Part shown: positions 48,999 through 57,280 of the stretch, in pieces | Layout: every line of letters starts with the position of its first letter | How positions within the stretch are numbered: the stretch's first letter is position 1 | Source: an uncultured bacterium | GTDB taxonomy: Bacteria; Fidelibacterota; Marinisomatia; Marinisomatales; TCS55 | NCBI GenBank assembly: GCA_964539305.1 | Contig: CAZIIM010000003.1 | Span: 17,700-81,699, forward strand | Reading direction: 5' to 3' | Length of the DNA stretch: 64,000 nt | The notes under the pieces: model-generated | The model's database searches: none | What the model was told of the DNA's origin: nothing | Seen by the model: the letters and a program-made list of their open reading frames with translations, nothing else | Made by a program: the position numbers and the translations under genes

Positions 48999-49790
48999 CT
49001 AGAGATCAATGCCTTGGAGAAGTTGTTTTTTCTGATACTCAATTCCTTCTTCAGAATACATCTCTTCAATGGCCTGCTGCATCTGTTTCTCCACTTTCTT
49101 GCTGTGGAGCTGAACCTGGATGTGCAGATCGTCAATCACCCGGACCTTCATTTCAGTCTTGGAATCGGAATAATGGTGGTACACCCCGTCAAATTCCTTG
49201 GGGGTGCCGTACTCCATGAGGATTTTGTATTTCAGGACATCATCCGCCGTCAGTTGGGGAAAGCCGGTTGGTTTTAGTTCCGTCGTACGTATGACGTCTT
49301 CCAGAATGTAGTGAGAGGGCTCATGGTTGGAAGGGCTGTAGATATAATTCACATTCACAAATTTCAGTTCGATGGTTTCAATGGTCAGGCGGGTAATGAC
49401 CTGGTAAACCACTTTGGCCCGTTTGATGCCCAAGCGGACTCCAATGGGAAGGGTTTGGATATCATCCCAGTACTCCACCGATTGGGCAGAATCGGGGACG
49501 GTGGAAAGGACGGTGGGCAGACTCATGCCCCACTTGGCGATGGGTTGCCGGTCCAGGATCCAACCGGTGGGAAGGGACTTCAACTGAACACGGGATGGAG
49601 TCGTGTCTTTAGTGGGACTATCTGAAGCGGTCGGTTCTGTGAAAACGGGCTCCGGCGCCACTGATGGCGGGGCGGTGCAGGCCACCAATCCCGCCAGTAG
49701 AACGCCAGAGAGCAAACGCAACCGGCCTCCAGCCCCCGTCTTATTGAGGCTTACGAATTTCGGTATCGGTAAAAGATGTTTTCTGTCCAT
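48999..49790 (-). CDS. Hypothetical lipoprotein
   Basis: Lipobox LLAGLVAC followed by a Pro/Thr/Ser-rich linker. First gene of the Omp85 string. Confidence 0.45.
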   Translation of the reverse strand: MDRKHLLPIPKFVSLNKTGAGGRLRLLSGVLLAGLVACTAPPSVAPEPVFTEPTASDSPTKDTTPSRVQLKSLPTGWILDRQPIAKWGMSLPTVLSTVPDSAQSVEYWDDIQTLPIGVRLGIKRAKVVYQVITRLTIETIELKFVNVNYIYSPSNHEPSHYILEDVIRTTELKPTGFPQLTADDVLKYKILMEYGTPKEFDGVYHHYSDSKTEMKVRVIDDLHIQVQLHSKKVEKQMQQAIEEMYSEEGIEYQKKQLLQGIDL

Positions 49791-49896
49791 GGGTCTTTTT
49801 TACTCCAGAAGAGGATAATTACGAAAGGGAAAGCTACATAATCCCGTGGAAAAGTAGAATCAGGAAATCCACGAGTGGGGAAAGGGATTCAGGGCA

Positions 49897-49931
49897 ATAA
49901 AAAAGCCCTCGCCGTTTGGGGAGGGCTTTTT
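49897..49931 (-). terminator. Rho-independent terminator of the small basic protein gene
   Basis: On the minus strand: AAAAGCCCTC-cccaaacggc-GAGGGCTTTT followed by TTATT. The stem is 10 bp and lies 20 nt after the stop codon. Confidence 0.7.
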
Positions 49932-49950
49932 CAGCGAAATGAAATGGTGG

Positions 49951-50178
49951 TTATTTACGACCCCGGGCCATTTTCGCACGGGCGACATTGCCACTTTTAT
50001 CGATAAAATAAAGATAGCCCTGTTCGCGCTGTACACCAGCATCAGCCACTTTTTCAGCATTCCCGCCGCCCTTACCGGCACGAGCCATTTTGGAACGCCA
50101 GACATTGCCATCTTTGCCGAGGTAGTAAAGATAACCTGATTCTTTTCTTACGCCTGTTGATTTCACAACTTCAGCCAT
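49951..50178 (-). CDS. Small (75 aa) highly basic protein made of two tandem ~35-aa repeats
   Basis: Strong RBS (AAAGGAGG, 7 nt before the ATG) and its own terminator. Repeat 1 is GVRKESGYLYYLGKDGNVWRSKMARAGKG and repeat 2 is GVQREQGYLYFIDKSGNVARAKMARGRK. Confidence 0.6.
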   Translation of the reverse strand: MAEVVKSTGVRKESGYLYYLGKDGNVWRSKMARAGKGGGNAEKVADAGVQREQGYLYFIDKSGNVARAKMARGRK

Positions 50179-50456
50179 TAAAGACCTCCTTTGTATGTGG
50201 TTAGGATAATTTAGATTTATTCTTTCGACGAGAAGTGTACATTCCTTCCTCGGTAAGAGTCAAGATTTTTCTCGACGAGCCCCCGACGAGAAAAAATCCC
50301 CTTTTTCCCCTGATTTCCATTGGACTGGAGCTGTAATTTCCCGGCACTGTTTCAACACCTTCTGCCCCGGTAGCTTCCCGCCCCCGACACAATGTGCCGT
50401 GTGCGGGACAGGCAGCTTGCTTCGCTACCGGTTCAATATTGTTACTATTTGATAAT

Positions 50457-50530
<74 letters not shown>

Positions 50531-50669
50531 CTAAATCGTGAGTTCCCTGCCCGACTGACTGTGTCAACGGTCAGGCGGGGAATCTCGCCCGGGGGACACT
50601 CCAGATATTTCTTACGTCACGCAGATAATGACTGACTAGAGAATAGGGGAAAAAAGTTAATAGAATCGC

Positions 50670-51359
50670 TTATTTGTACTTGGTTATGTAATTATCAATA
50701 AGCTCGATCAACTCCCCCGTTTTTTCTTCAGCATAATTAATTTTATCCGCCAGAACGGAATGGTACACCTGATAGGTTCGGATAATATTGTATATCTCCG
50801 GTGAATTCAGATCAGAGGAATTAATAAAAGAGGGATCGCGGCCAGCCCGATGATCATTATAATAGGGTATTAGTTTGTTCGACTTATAATTATCGAGGCG
50901 GGTGAACACACGTTCAGTCTCGGGGAACCAGCGTGAATAAAGCGTGGATAATTGATTCTTTAATTGTACGTCTCGAATCAACCGGAGACCGCTGCTGGCT
51001 TTGGTGGTTTCCCAGGCACTGGAATAGACCTTGACGGAATTACTCGCCATGATGATATCTCTATATTTAATGGCGGCAGCCAGGGAGGAATCCTCCCATT
51101 GCTGTAACCGATAAAAGTCCTCAAATAAGCCCGTTAATTCCTTGAAATAATTTTCCCACGAATGAAACAGATCCAGATTTAAGGTCAGTTCATCCTGGAT
51201 ATTATCCAGGAATTCAATTTCGTATTTATGATCCCTTCTCTTTTCTGCCCAGTCGTCAACCATGAAGGCGATGGTCACCCCGAAAACCACCACCGTCAAC
51301 TCGGCAATATACCTGCCCAGGGATTTTCTTATGGTGGGTCCTGGCATTGTTCTCCTCAT
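50670..51359 (-). CDS. Hypothetical single-pass membrane protein
   Basis: N-terminal TM segment (YIAELTVVVFGVTIAFMV) followed by a helical soluble domain. The gene is AT-richer than its surroundings. Confidence 0.45.
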   Translation of the reverse strand: MRRTMPGPTIRKSLGRYIAELTVVVFGVTIAFMVDDWAEKRRDHKYEIEFLDNIQDELTLNLDLFHSWENYFKELTGLFEDFYRLQQWEDSSLAAAIKYRDIIMASNSVKVYSSAWETTKASSGLRLIRDVQLKNQLSTLYSRWFPETERVFTRLDNYKSNKLIPYYNDHRAGRDPSFINSSDLNSPEIYNIIRTYQVYHSVLADKINYAEEKTGELIELIDNYITKYK

Positions 51360-51528
51360 GACCAGTCAGGGACTAGCCCTGTTCCGGCTGCAGGAACTTA
51401 CAACGAAACGATTGAAAGTTTCAAAAAGTGGGCTCCCCTACCCTATAAAATTGAGACTAACAGTTAATAACCGGTTTTGCCCTATTCCCAGAATTTTATT
51501 CCAGGTCATGGGATAAATCGGGGCAGTT

Positions 51529-52827
51529 TTAGAGAATAAAAAAGTATTCGTTCAGCAGGTAGAGACCGCTGGCAATCATTACAATTCCGGCCACAACTTC
51601 GATACGTTTCTGGTAATTCACCAGAAGATTCAAGGACTCCAGCCAGCCTACACTCCAGGCACCGATCATGACGGGAATGCTCCGTCCCAGAGCAAAAGAA
51701 AGTAACAGTACAAAGCCAAACGGAATGGAACCGATGGCGGCACTGGTGGTCACCATCACCAGAAGGGCCGGAGAACAGAACGGACAAACGGCAACGGAAA
51801 AGGGAATCCCCAGCAGAAAAGCACCCCACAGGCTGGTAACTTCCCGGCCTTTCATCCCAAACCAGGGTAACCGTAGTTTAATCCACCCGGGCCAGATTAA
51901 TCCCAGCAGAATGAGTATTGGCCCCAGAATGACGCCCCAGAAACGTCCCATGATGCCCTGGACCCACTGACCCCCTGCCGCAGCGGCCACTCCCAGAATG
52001 ACATGAATCAGAATCATGCCAGTGACGAAGGCCAGCCCCATGACCAGGGCCCGGCGCTTCCCCTGAGCCTTGGTAACATAGGCCAGCATGACGGGAATGG
52101 AGGTAAAGGTCACGGGATTAAAACTGAACACCAGACCGGCCAGAAATCCGATGGCGACCCCAGCCAGGGTTGGTTCCTGCAACACCAGCTTTAAATGGGG
52201 GAGGCTCAGGTCAACTCCCGGCAGAAAGAAATAGATTGCACCGCCACTAAAAAGAGCCGCTGTAAGAAACGGAGTCACGAAAGCAGACCGTTCCAACAGG
52301 ACCTGGCCCCGACGAGTCACACCCGTGAGACTCAGCAGAATCGTCGGCAGGGTGAACAGTCCCGTGAACAGGACCCCCGCTCCCACCGCAAAAGGAATCG
52401 AATCAACTGTTACTGCCAGCCCCATGATTACGGCAAAAAGCGGTATGGTGCAGGCCGGCAGGGTAAACCCAAGTTGTAAGCCGGGATTTCTGGATAATGT
52501 TCGCGGCAGCAGTTTGAAAAATTCCAGATGGGGAATGGGCACATAGGTGAAACGGGAAACAATGTAAACGACCGCCAGGAAAAAGAGCAGGCTTCCGGCC
52601 AGGATGGGGTTCCAGTCCGGCGGTGAGGTCACACTCACGGCCAGCACCAACAATCCGATGGTCAATGCCAACCGGGACAAAAGCAACGTGAACAGGGCGT
52701 CAAACCGGCCCCTGGTTTCCCTCTGGTGAGCCCGGACGGCAAACAGGGTGTGGGTGGCGATGGTGCAGGGTTCGAAAAAGGCCAGAAAACCCAGGATAGC
52801 GGCACTCAGCAACAGGATTTCAGACAC
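51529..52827 (-). CDS. Tandem-duplicated CcdA/DsbD-like thiol-disulfide transmembrane electron-transfer protein
   Basis: About 12 TM segments. The first half has membrane-embedded FFEPCTIA and LPACTIP. The second half has FNPVTF (Cys lost) and VCPFCSP. The start overlaps the thioredoxin-like gene by 8 nt. Confidence 0.5.
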   Translation of the reverse strand: MSEILLLSAAILGFLAFFEPCTIATHTLFAVRAHQRETRGRFDALFTLLLSRLALTIGLLVLAVSVTSPPDWNPILAGSLLFFLAVVYIVSRFTYVPIPHLEFFKLLPRTLSRNPGLQLGFTLPACTIPLFAVIMGLAVTVDSIPFAVGAGVLFTGLFTLPTILLSLTGVTRRGQVLLERSAFVTPFLTAALFSGGAIYFFLPGVDLSLPHLKLVLQEPTLAGVAIGFLAGLVFSFNPVTFTSIPVMLAYVTKAQGKRRALVMGLAFVTGMILIHVILGVAAAAGGQWVQGIMGRFWGVILGPILILLGLIWPGWIKLRLPWFGMKGREVTSLWGAFLLGIPFSVAVCPFCSPALLVMVTTSAAIGSIPFGFVLLLSFALGRSIPVMIGAWSVGWLESLNLLVNYQKRIEVVAGIVMIASGLYLLNEYFFIL

Positions 52828-53098
52828 GTGATTGGCCCGCGAGCAACCTTTCTGTCAGGAAGTTTTTTAACTTGTCAGCAGAAGGGAGTCCCACAAATAC
52901 CAGCTCCCCATCTATGGCAATGGCTGGCGTTGACAAGACCCCCATTTTCACGGCGTAATCCAGTTCCTGGAGGATATTTACCTCCCGCCATTCGATGCGG
53001 TCATCGCCCAGTTCCTGCACCATGCTGAGTAACATATCTTTGGCATGGCCACATTTGCTACAACCGGGCGAGGAAAATACTTCCACTTTCACTGTCAT
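52820..53098 (-). CDS. Small thioredoxin-fold protein (redox-active disulfide protein 2-like)
   Basis: 92 aa. N-terminal VEVFSSPGCSKCGHA CxxC motif and no signal peptide. Confidence 0.65.
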   Translation of the reverse strand: MTVKVEVFSSPGCSKCGHAKDMLLSMVQELGDDRIEWREVNILQELDYAVKMGVLSTPAIAIDGELVFVGLPSADKLKNFLTERLLAGQSRV

Positions 53099-53829
53099 GC
53101 TGATGCTCCATGCAAAAAGGATCCCAGCCAGCTTTCATCTTCTTTTTTCAGCCAGTAGAAGGTCAGACTTCCCAGAATCGTACCATGAACCACATGGGCC
53201 ACGAAGGTCAGGATGAACAACTGGGGCCACAGGTATTTCACACCAAATAAACCTACCATGGGCCCCATGGGGGGTCCCACCATCATCCCCAGTTCCATGA
53301 CCAGCAGCCAGCCGATGGCGACCAGGACGGTTTTCCGGTAAGTGGCAAACCGGCCAAAAACAAGGGTAAATACCAACCCGAAATCTGCGCCATTAAAAAA
53401 GTGGGCCAATTGACCCACCCAGTAGTAGTAAATGAAGGAATGACTCCCTGTGATCATTTTCCCGAACATCTCCGGTGTATCGGCCGGTAGCCAACCCGTA
53501 ATGACGCCCATTTGCCTGATCCAGTCCAGACCGATGGTGGCAATGGCACCGGCTCCCAAACCGACAATAATTCTACGATGTAAGTCAGGGAAGTTTTTCT
53601 TCGTGTAAACGATGACACCAATCAGAAACAAAATGGCAGGAATGTAGAGCAGAAACAGGTAGGGAACGGCAAATTCATGGGCCACGCGAATAATTTTAGG
53701 CCCAATCGCCTGATTCCGGTAATACTCTGAATAACCGAAAGATAATACAATCAAATGGATGGGGACAAACCCTCCGGCAAACAAGGTGACGAGCGTCAGG
53801 ATTGCTTTTTTATTTAATAGGTTTTTCAT
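53095..53829 (-). CDS. Hypothetical polytopic membrane protein (no cysteines)
   Basis: About 7 TM segments, no recognisable family and no Cys residues. Its stop forms a 4-nt overlap with the downstream gene. Confidence 0.45.
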   Translation of the reverse strand: MKNLLNKKAILTLVTLFAGGFVPIHLIVLSFGYSEYYRNQAIGPKIIRVAHEFAVPYLFLLYIPAILFLIGVIVYTKKNFPDLHRRIIVGLGAGAIATIGLDWIRQMGVITGWLPADTPEMFGKMITGSHSFIYYYWVGQLAHFFNGADFGLVFTLVFGRFATYRKTVLVAIGWLLVMELGMMVGPPMGPMVGLFGVKYLWPQLFILTFVAHVVHGTILGSLTFYWLKKEDESWLGSFLHGASA

Positions 53830-53841
53830 GAAGAGAAATTC

Positions 53842-54324
53842 CTAACTGGTGATTTCACTTATGATGGCAGCTACTACCTGATCCAGCTCGGCGGCGATCG
53901 CCTTTTCACCAGGATAACTATTGAGAAGTTGGAAGGGCATAAAGTAGCGGACGACGGTATTACCATTCGGCTTTTCCATGACGATAAATTTCAAAGGGAT
54001 TCGGATAGTAGCAGCTTGGTTAGCTTCCATCACGCGACGCATGTATTGAGGATGGAAATAGAAAATCTGTTTCATTCCCGGAACTTTTTTCCCGGCCATA
54101 CGGAGCATTTTCTGAGCATCAATCTCGTAAATCACCATCAGGTTCTGCTCTTCAATGGCCCCTTTCAAAATATCAACCGTTTCCTGAAACGAGTACTGGG
54201 ACATCTTTATTATCGATCCATCTTTCGGCATCATTTTACCATTCTGCGCGGCGGCAATTTGAAATACAGTAAAAACCGCTATAACCACGAATCCTTTAAT
54301 TCTGTTTTTGAACAGTTTATTCAT
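53842..54324 (-). CDS. DUF302-domain protein with signal peptide
   Basis: Signal peptide, then a ~130-aa domain with SFQETVDILKGAIEEQNLMVIYEID and a layout typical of DUF302. Confidence 0.5.
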   Translation of the reverse strand: MNKLFKNRIKGFVVIAVFTVFQIAAAQNGKMMPKDGSIIKMSQYSFQETVDILKGAIEEQNLMVIYEIDAQKMLRMAGKKVPGMKQIFYFHPQYMRRVMEANQAATIRIPLKFIVMEKPNGNTVVRYFMPFQLLNSYPGEKAIAAELDQVVAAIISEITS

Positions 54325-54376
54325 TTTTGTTCACCTTTTAAGTTTATTCGTTAAATCGGTCAGGACGGTCCCTGCT

Positions 54377-56020
54377 TCAGGTCGCACAGCAACTCAACTG
54401 TTTCACATTCTTACCAAAGGTAATAGCAGCCAGTTTAATGCCTTCCGAGAGGGTCAGGTAAGGATGAAACATTCCTACCAGTTCTTTCACGGTAATGCCG
54501 TACCTGATGGCCAGACTCACTTCCATGATCAGTTCCGAGCCTTCCGGAGCCAGAATGCGGGCGCCCACCAGTTTATCGGTAGCGCGGTCGCGGATCAGTT
54601 TTATGAAGCCCCGTGTATCCCGGGCGGCGATGGAGCGGGGCACCTGATCGAGGGTAATCGTGGAAGACTCCACATCGATTCCCCGAGCCTGGGCCTGAAC
54701 CTCATCCAGACCCACACCTGTCACCTGGGGATCGGTGAAAATGACCCACGGCAGCACGGAATAATCGGTTTTGTTTTTCTCCCCTTTTAGGGCATTCCGG
54801 GCAGCCAGTTTCCCTTCGTAGGCAGCTGTGTAAACAAACATATTCTTCCCGGTGACATCTCCCGCTGCATATACCGTGGAAACAGAAGTTTTCAGATCCT
54901 CATCGGTGACGATTCCTCCGTCTGCTCCTAATTCAACGCCGGCCTTTTCCAATCCCATCCGGTCAGCGTTGGGTGTCCGCCCCGCAGCCACAATGAGTTT
55001 CTCAGCCTGAAACGTTTTTATTTCACTCTTGACTCTGGATTCAACCACTATGTGCCCCTCCCGTTCGTAGACTTTAAGGAACTCATTTCCGGTGATAATG
55101 CACATATTTTCCTGTTCCAGGTAATTGGTAAGGGCATCGGTGAGGTCAGCCGTTTCGGTCGGTAAAATGCGGTCTGAACGTTGCAAAAGGGTGACCCGGC
55201 TTCCCAGGCGGGAAAACATCTGACCAATTTCCAGGGCAATGTAGCGTCCCCCCAGTACCAGGATAGATTCCGGGAGCTGTTCCAGTTCAAACGCGCTTTT
55301 ATTGGTGAGATAAGGGACATCGGACAAGCCCGGGATTTCTGGAATGTGAGGACGGGCGCCCGTGGCAATCAGGATCCGGTCCCCTTTCAGGGTTTTGCCG
55401 TTGACGCTCACGGTGGTTCCATTCACCAGTTCGGCCCGACCCTGAATCAGTTCAAACCCCTCCATTCCGGCTACAATATCCAGGTATTTTTTCTGGCGCA
55501 GGTCCTCCACCAGCGTCTGCTTCTGGTTCATGACAGCCTGAAAATCCCGGACTGACCCGCCGGTTTCTATGCCGGGGAAAGGGTTATTTCTGGAACGGTG
55601 GAGAGATTCCGCTGCCCGGATCAGATTCTTGGAGGGGACGCAGCCCACATTCACGCACGTACCGCCGATGGGCAGTCCGTCGTTGATCATGGTCACCCGG
55701 GCCCCTAGTTCCCGGGCTTCCAGCGTGGCTGCAAAGGCAGCGGAACCACCACCAATAATAATCAGGTGTTTTTGCGTTCCGTTGCTGGTGGTGTTTTTTT
55801 CTTGAAGGCCGGTGACTTTATAGTGGTCGGTGCCGTTGATTTTCCCCGCGATTACCTGCGCCGAAGTTTTTTCAGCGTCAAATTTTACTTCCGCGGAATG
55901 GTTGGGGAAACTGACCTGCTTAGCTAAAATGCCATCTGTTTCTAATAAATTACTTATGGTTTTGGCACAATGTTCGCAGGTCATGCCTTTAATGTTCATT
56001 TTAACCGTTTTTATATTCAT
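54377..56020 (-). CDS. merA: Mercuric reductase MerA with an N-terminal HMA (NmerA) domain
   Basis: GMTCEHCAKTI HMA motif, redox-active GGTCVNVGCVPSK, and a C-terminal CC pair (LSCCAT). The ATG at 56020 follows the merTP stop. The listed 56062 start overlaps merTP. Confidence 0.85.
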   Translation of the reverse strand: MNIKTVKMNIKGMTCEHCAKTISNLLETDGILAKQVSFPNHSAEVKFDAEKTSAQVIAGKINGTDHYKVTGLQEKNTTSNGTQKHLIIIGGGSAAFAATLEARELGARVTMINDGLPIGGTCVNVGCVPSKNLIRAAESLHRSRNNPFPGIETGGSVRDFQAVMNQKQTLVEDLRQKKYLDIVAGMEGFELIQGRAELVNGTTVSVNGKTLKGDRILIATGARPHIPEIPGLSDVPYLTNKSAFELEQLPESILVLGGRYIALEIGQMFSRLGSRVTLLQRSDRILPTETADLTDALTNYLEQENMCIITGNEFLKVYEREGHIVVESRVKSEIKTFQAEKLIVAAGRTPNADRMGLEKAGVELGADGGIVTDEDLKTSVSTVYAAGDVTGKNMFVYTAAYEGKLAARNALKGEKNKTDYSVLPWVIFTDPQVTGVGLDEVQAQARGIDVESSTITLDQVPRSIAARDTRGFIKLIRDRATDKLVGARILAPEGSELIMEVSLAIRYGITVKELVGMFHPYLTLSEGIKLAAITFGKNVKQLSCCAT

Positions 56021-56033
56021 CTTTATTTCTTTT

Positions 56034-56648
56034 TTAATGGACCGTGGATTCGTACCCGGCATTACGAGTGGCCTCTAACAGGTCTTTGGTGGAAATTTTA
56101 GTAGGATCGTATTTCACAACAGCAATCTTTTTTTCAAAACTGGCGGAGGCCTCGATGACACCGTCCACTTTTTTCAGGCTTTTTTGAATGGTCACGGGGC
56201 AGGAAGAACAGGTCATTCCCGGCACATCCAGAACCACTTCCCGCACCTGGGTATTAATCTGAATCGGTTCCTGGCTCTCGGAGTACACCATGGGCGTTAC
56301 ATAGGGAACCGCCAACAGACCACCGACAAAAAGAGTGACAACCCAGAGGGATATTTTGTTAATGCGGTCAGAGCGGGGGTTGGCACAATAGGAACCGGGA
56401 GCGCATTCCTCCGGTTTGGGTTTACTGTAAATCTTGTAGAAGGCATAACCAAGAAACAGGACTGTAAGCGCCATGAGGTAGGGGCGGAATGGTTCAAAAG
56501 CAGTCAGGGTGCCCACCCAGGCGCCACCGATACCCAGTCCCAGCAGGACCAGGGGTCCCACACAGCAAACAGACGCGGCCACCGCCGCCAGTACGGCACC
56601 AATGAGTCCCTTCCGGGAAGCTTTGGTTGGTTCAGTTTCAGAATTCAT
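56034..56648 (-). CDS. merTP: MerT-MerP fusion mercury transport protein
   Basis: The N-terminus matches MerT (AASVCCVGPLVLLGLGIGGAW...FEPFRPY...CAPGSYCA). The C-terminal ~70 aa form a MerP-like HMA domain (VPGMTCSSCPVTIQKSL). Confidence 0.8.
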   Translation of the reverse strand: MNSETEPTKASRKGLIGAVLAAVAASVCCVGPLVLLGLGIGGAWVGTLTAFEPFRPYLMALTVLFLGYAFYKIYSKPKPEECAPGSYCANPRSDRINKISLWVVTLFVGGLLAVPYVTPMVYSESQEPIQINTQVREVVLDVPGMTCSSCPVTIQKSLKKVDGVIEASASFEKKIAVVKYDPTKISTKDLLEATRNAGYESTVH

Positions 56649-56706
56649 ACAGGCTCCAAATTTTAGGGGTTGCTATTCATTAGATACCCTGTACCAAAGT
56701 ACCGGG

Positions 56707-57123
56707 TTACAAATTTTTTCCATTATTTTTTTCAAAAGCATCCAGAATCGGGCATTCTCCCACGGGACCCACCCCGACGCAGCTGGCTACCAGATCCTTT
56801 AATGCCCGCCTCATTTGATCCAGTTCCTGAATTTTCTCCTCAATAACCTGAATCTTGTGCTCCGCCCGGCGTCGCACATCATCACAGGTACAATCAGGGT
56901 CCACCCGCAGGTGGAGCAGTTCCTTAATCTCATTCAGGGAAAAACCGTGCTTTTTGGCCATTTGAATAAAGCGTAATCTCCGTAGGTCCTCTTCCGTGTA
57001 AGAGCGGTACCCGGAAGGTAAGCGCGTTGGTTGGGGCAGAATGCCTTTCCGTTCGTAAAACCGGATTGTCTCCAGATTTACATGGGCCTGTTTGGCCAGG
57101 GTTCCAATGGTAAAACCATTCAT
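56707..57123 (-). CDS. merR: MerR-family Hg(II)-responsive transcriptional regulator
   Basis: MNGFTIGTLAKQAHVNLETIRFYERKGILP HTH motif and conserved Cys residues (CTCDD, ...ASCVGVGPVGECP). RBS AAGGAG lies 5 nt before the ATG at 57123. The listed 260-aa ORF is an unsupported N-terminal extension. Confidence 0.8.
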   Translation of the reverse strand: MNGFTIGTLAKQAHVNLETIRFYERKGILPQPTRLPSGYRSYTEEDLRRLRFIQMAKKHGFSLNEIKELLHLRVDPDCTCDDVRRRAEHKIQVIEEKIQELDQMRRALKDLVASCVGVGPVGECPILDAFEKNNGKNL

Positions 57124-57152
57124 TTTTCTCCTTTCCATGAATGAATATACTA

Positions 57153-57172
57153 CCCTGTACTTAACTACAGGG
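57153..57172 (-). promoter_or_regulatory. Putative mer operator dyad inside the merR-merTP-merA promoter
   Basis: On the minus strand: TTGCCC-TGTAGTTAAGTACAGGG-TAGTATATT. The dyad CCCTGTA-N6-TACAGGG sits between a -35-like TTGCCC and a -10-like TAGTAT (17-bp spacer) or TATATT (20-bp spacer). It lies about 30 bp upstream of the merR ATG. Confidence 0.55.
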
Positions 57173-57280
57173 CAAGGATTATTTTGATCATCCACAGTGG
57201 AGGCTGATTTGCTTATTAGAAACATTCGGCCTAAATTTTTCATGGTTTGTAACTTTCTTTGGTCTGATCGGATAGTAATC

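Noticed and set aside
50201-50392. 63-aa minus-strand ORF in the spacer upstream of the small basic protein gene
   Set aside because: It has no RBS and its product has an odd composition. It overlaps the repeat- and hairpin-rich region, which is better explained as regulatory or RNA sequence.
50531-50600. Imperfect hairpin CCCGACTGAC-N9-GGTCAGGCGGG just after the tRNA; considered as a terminator or att core
   Set aside because: The stem has an internal mismatch and no following T-run, and I found no second copy in the window. The evidence is too weak to call.
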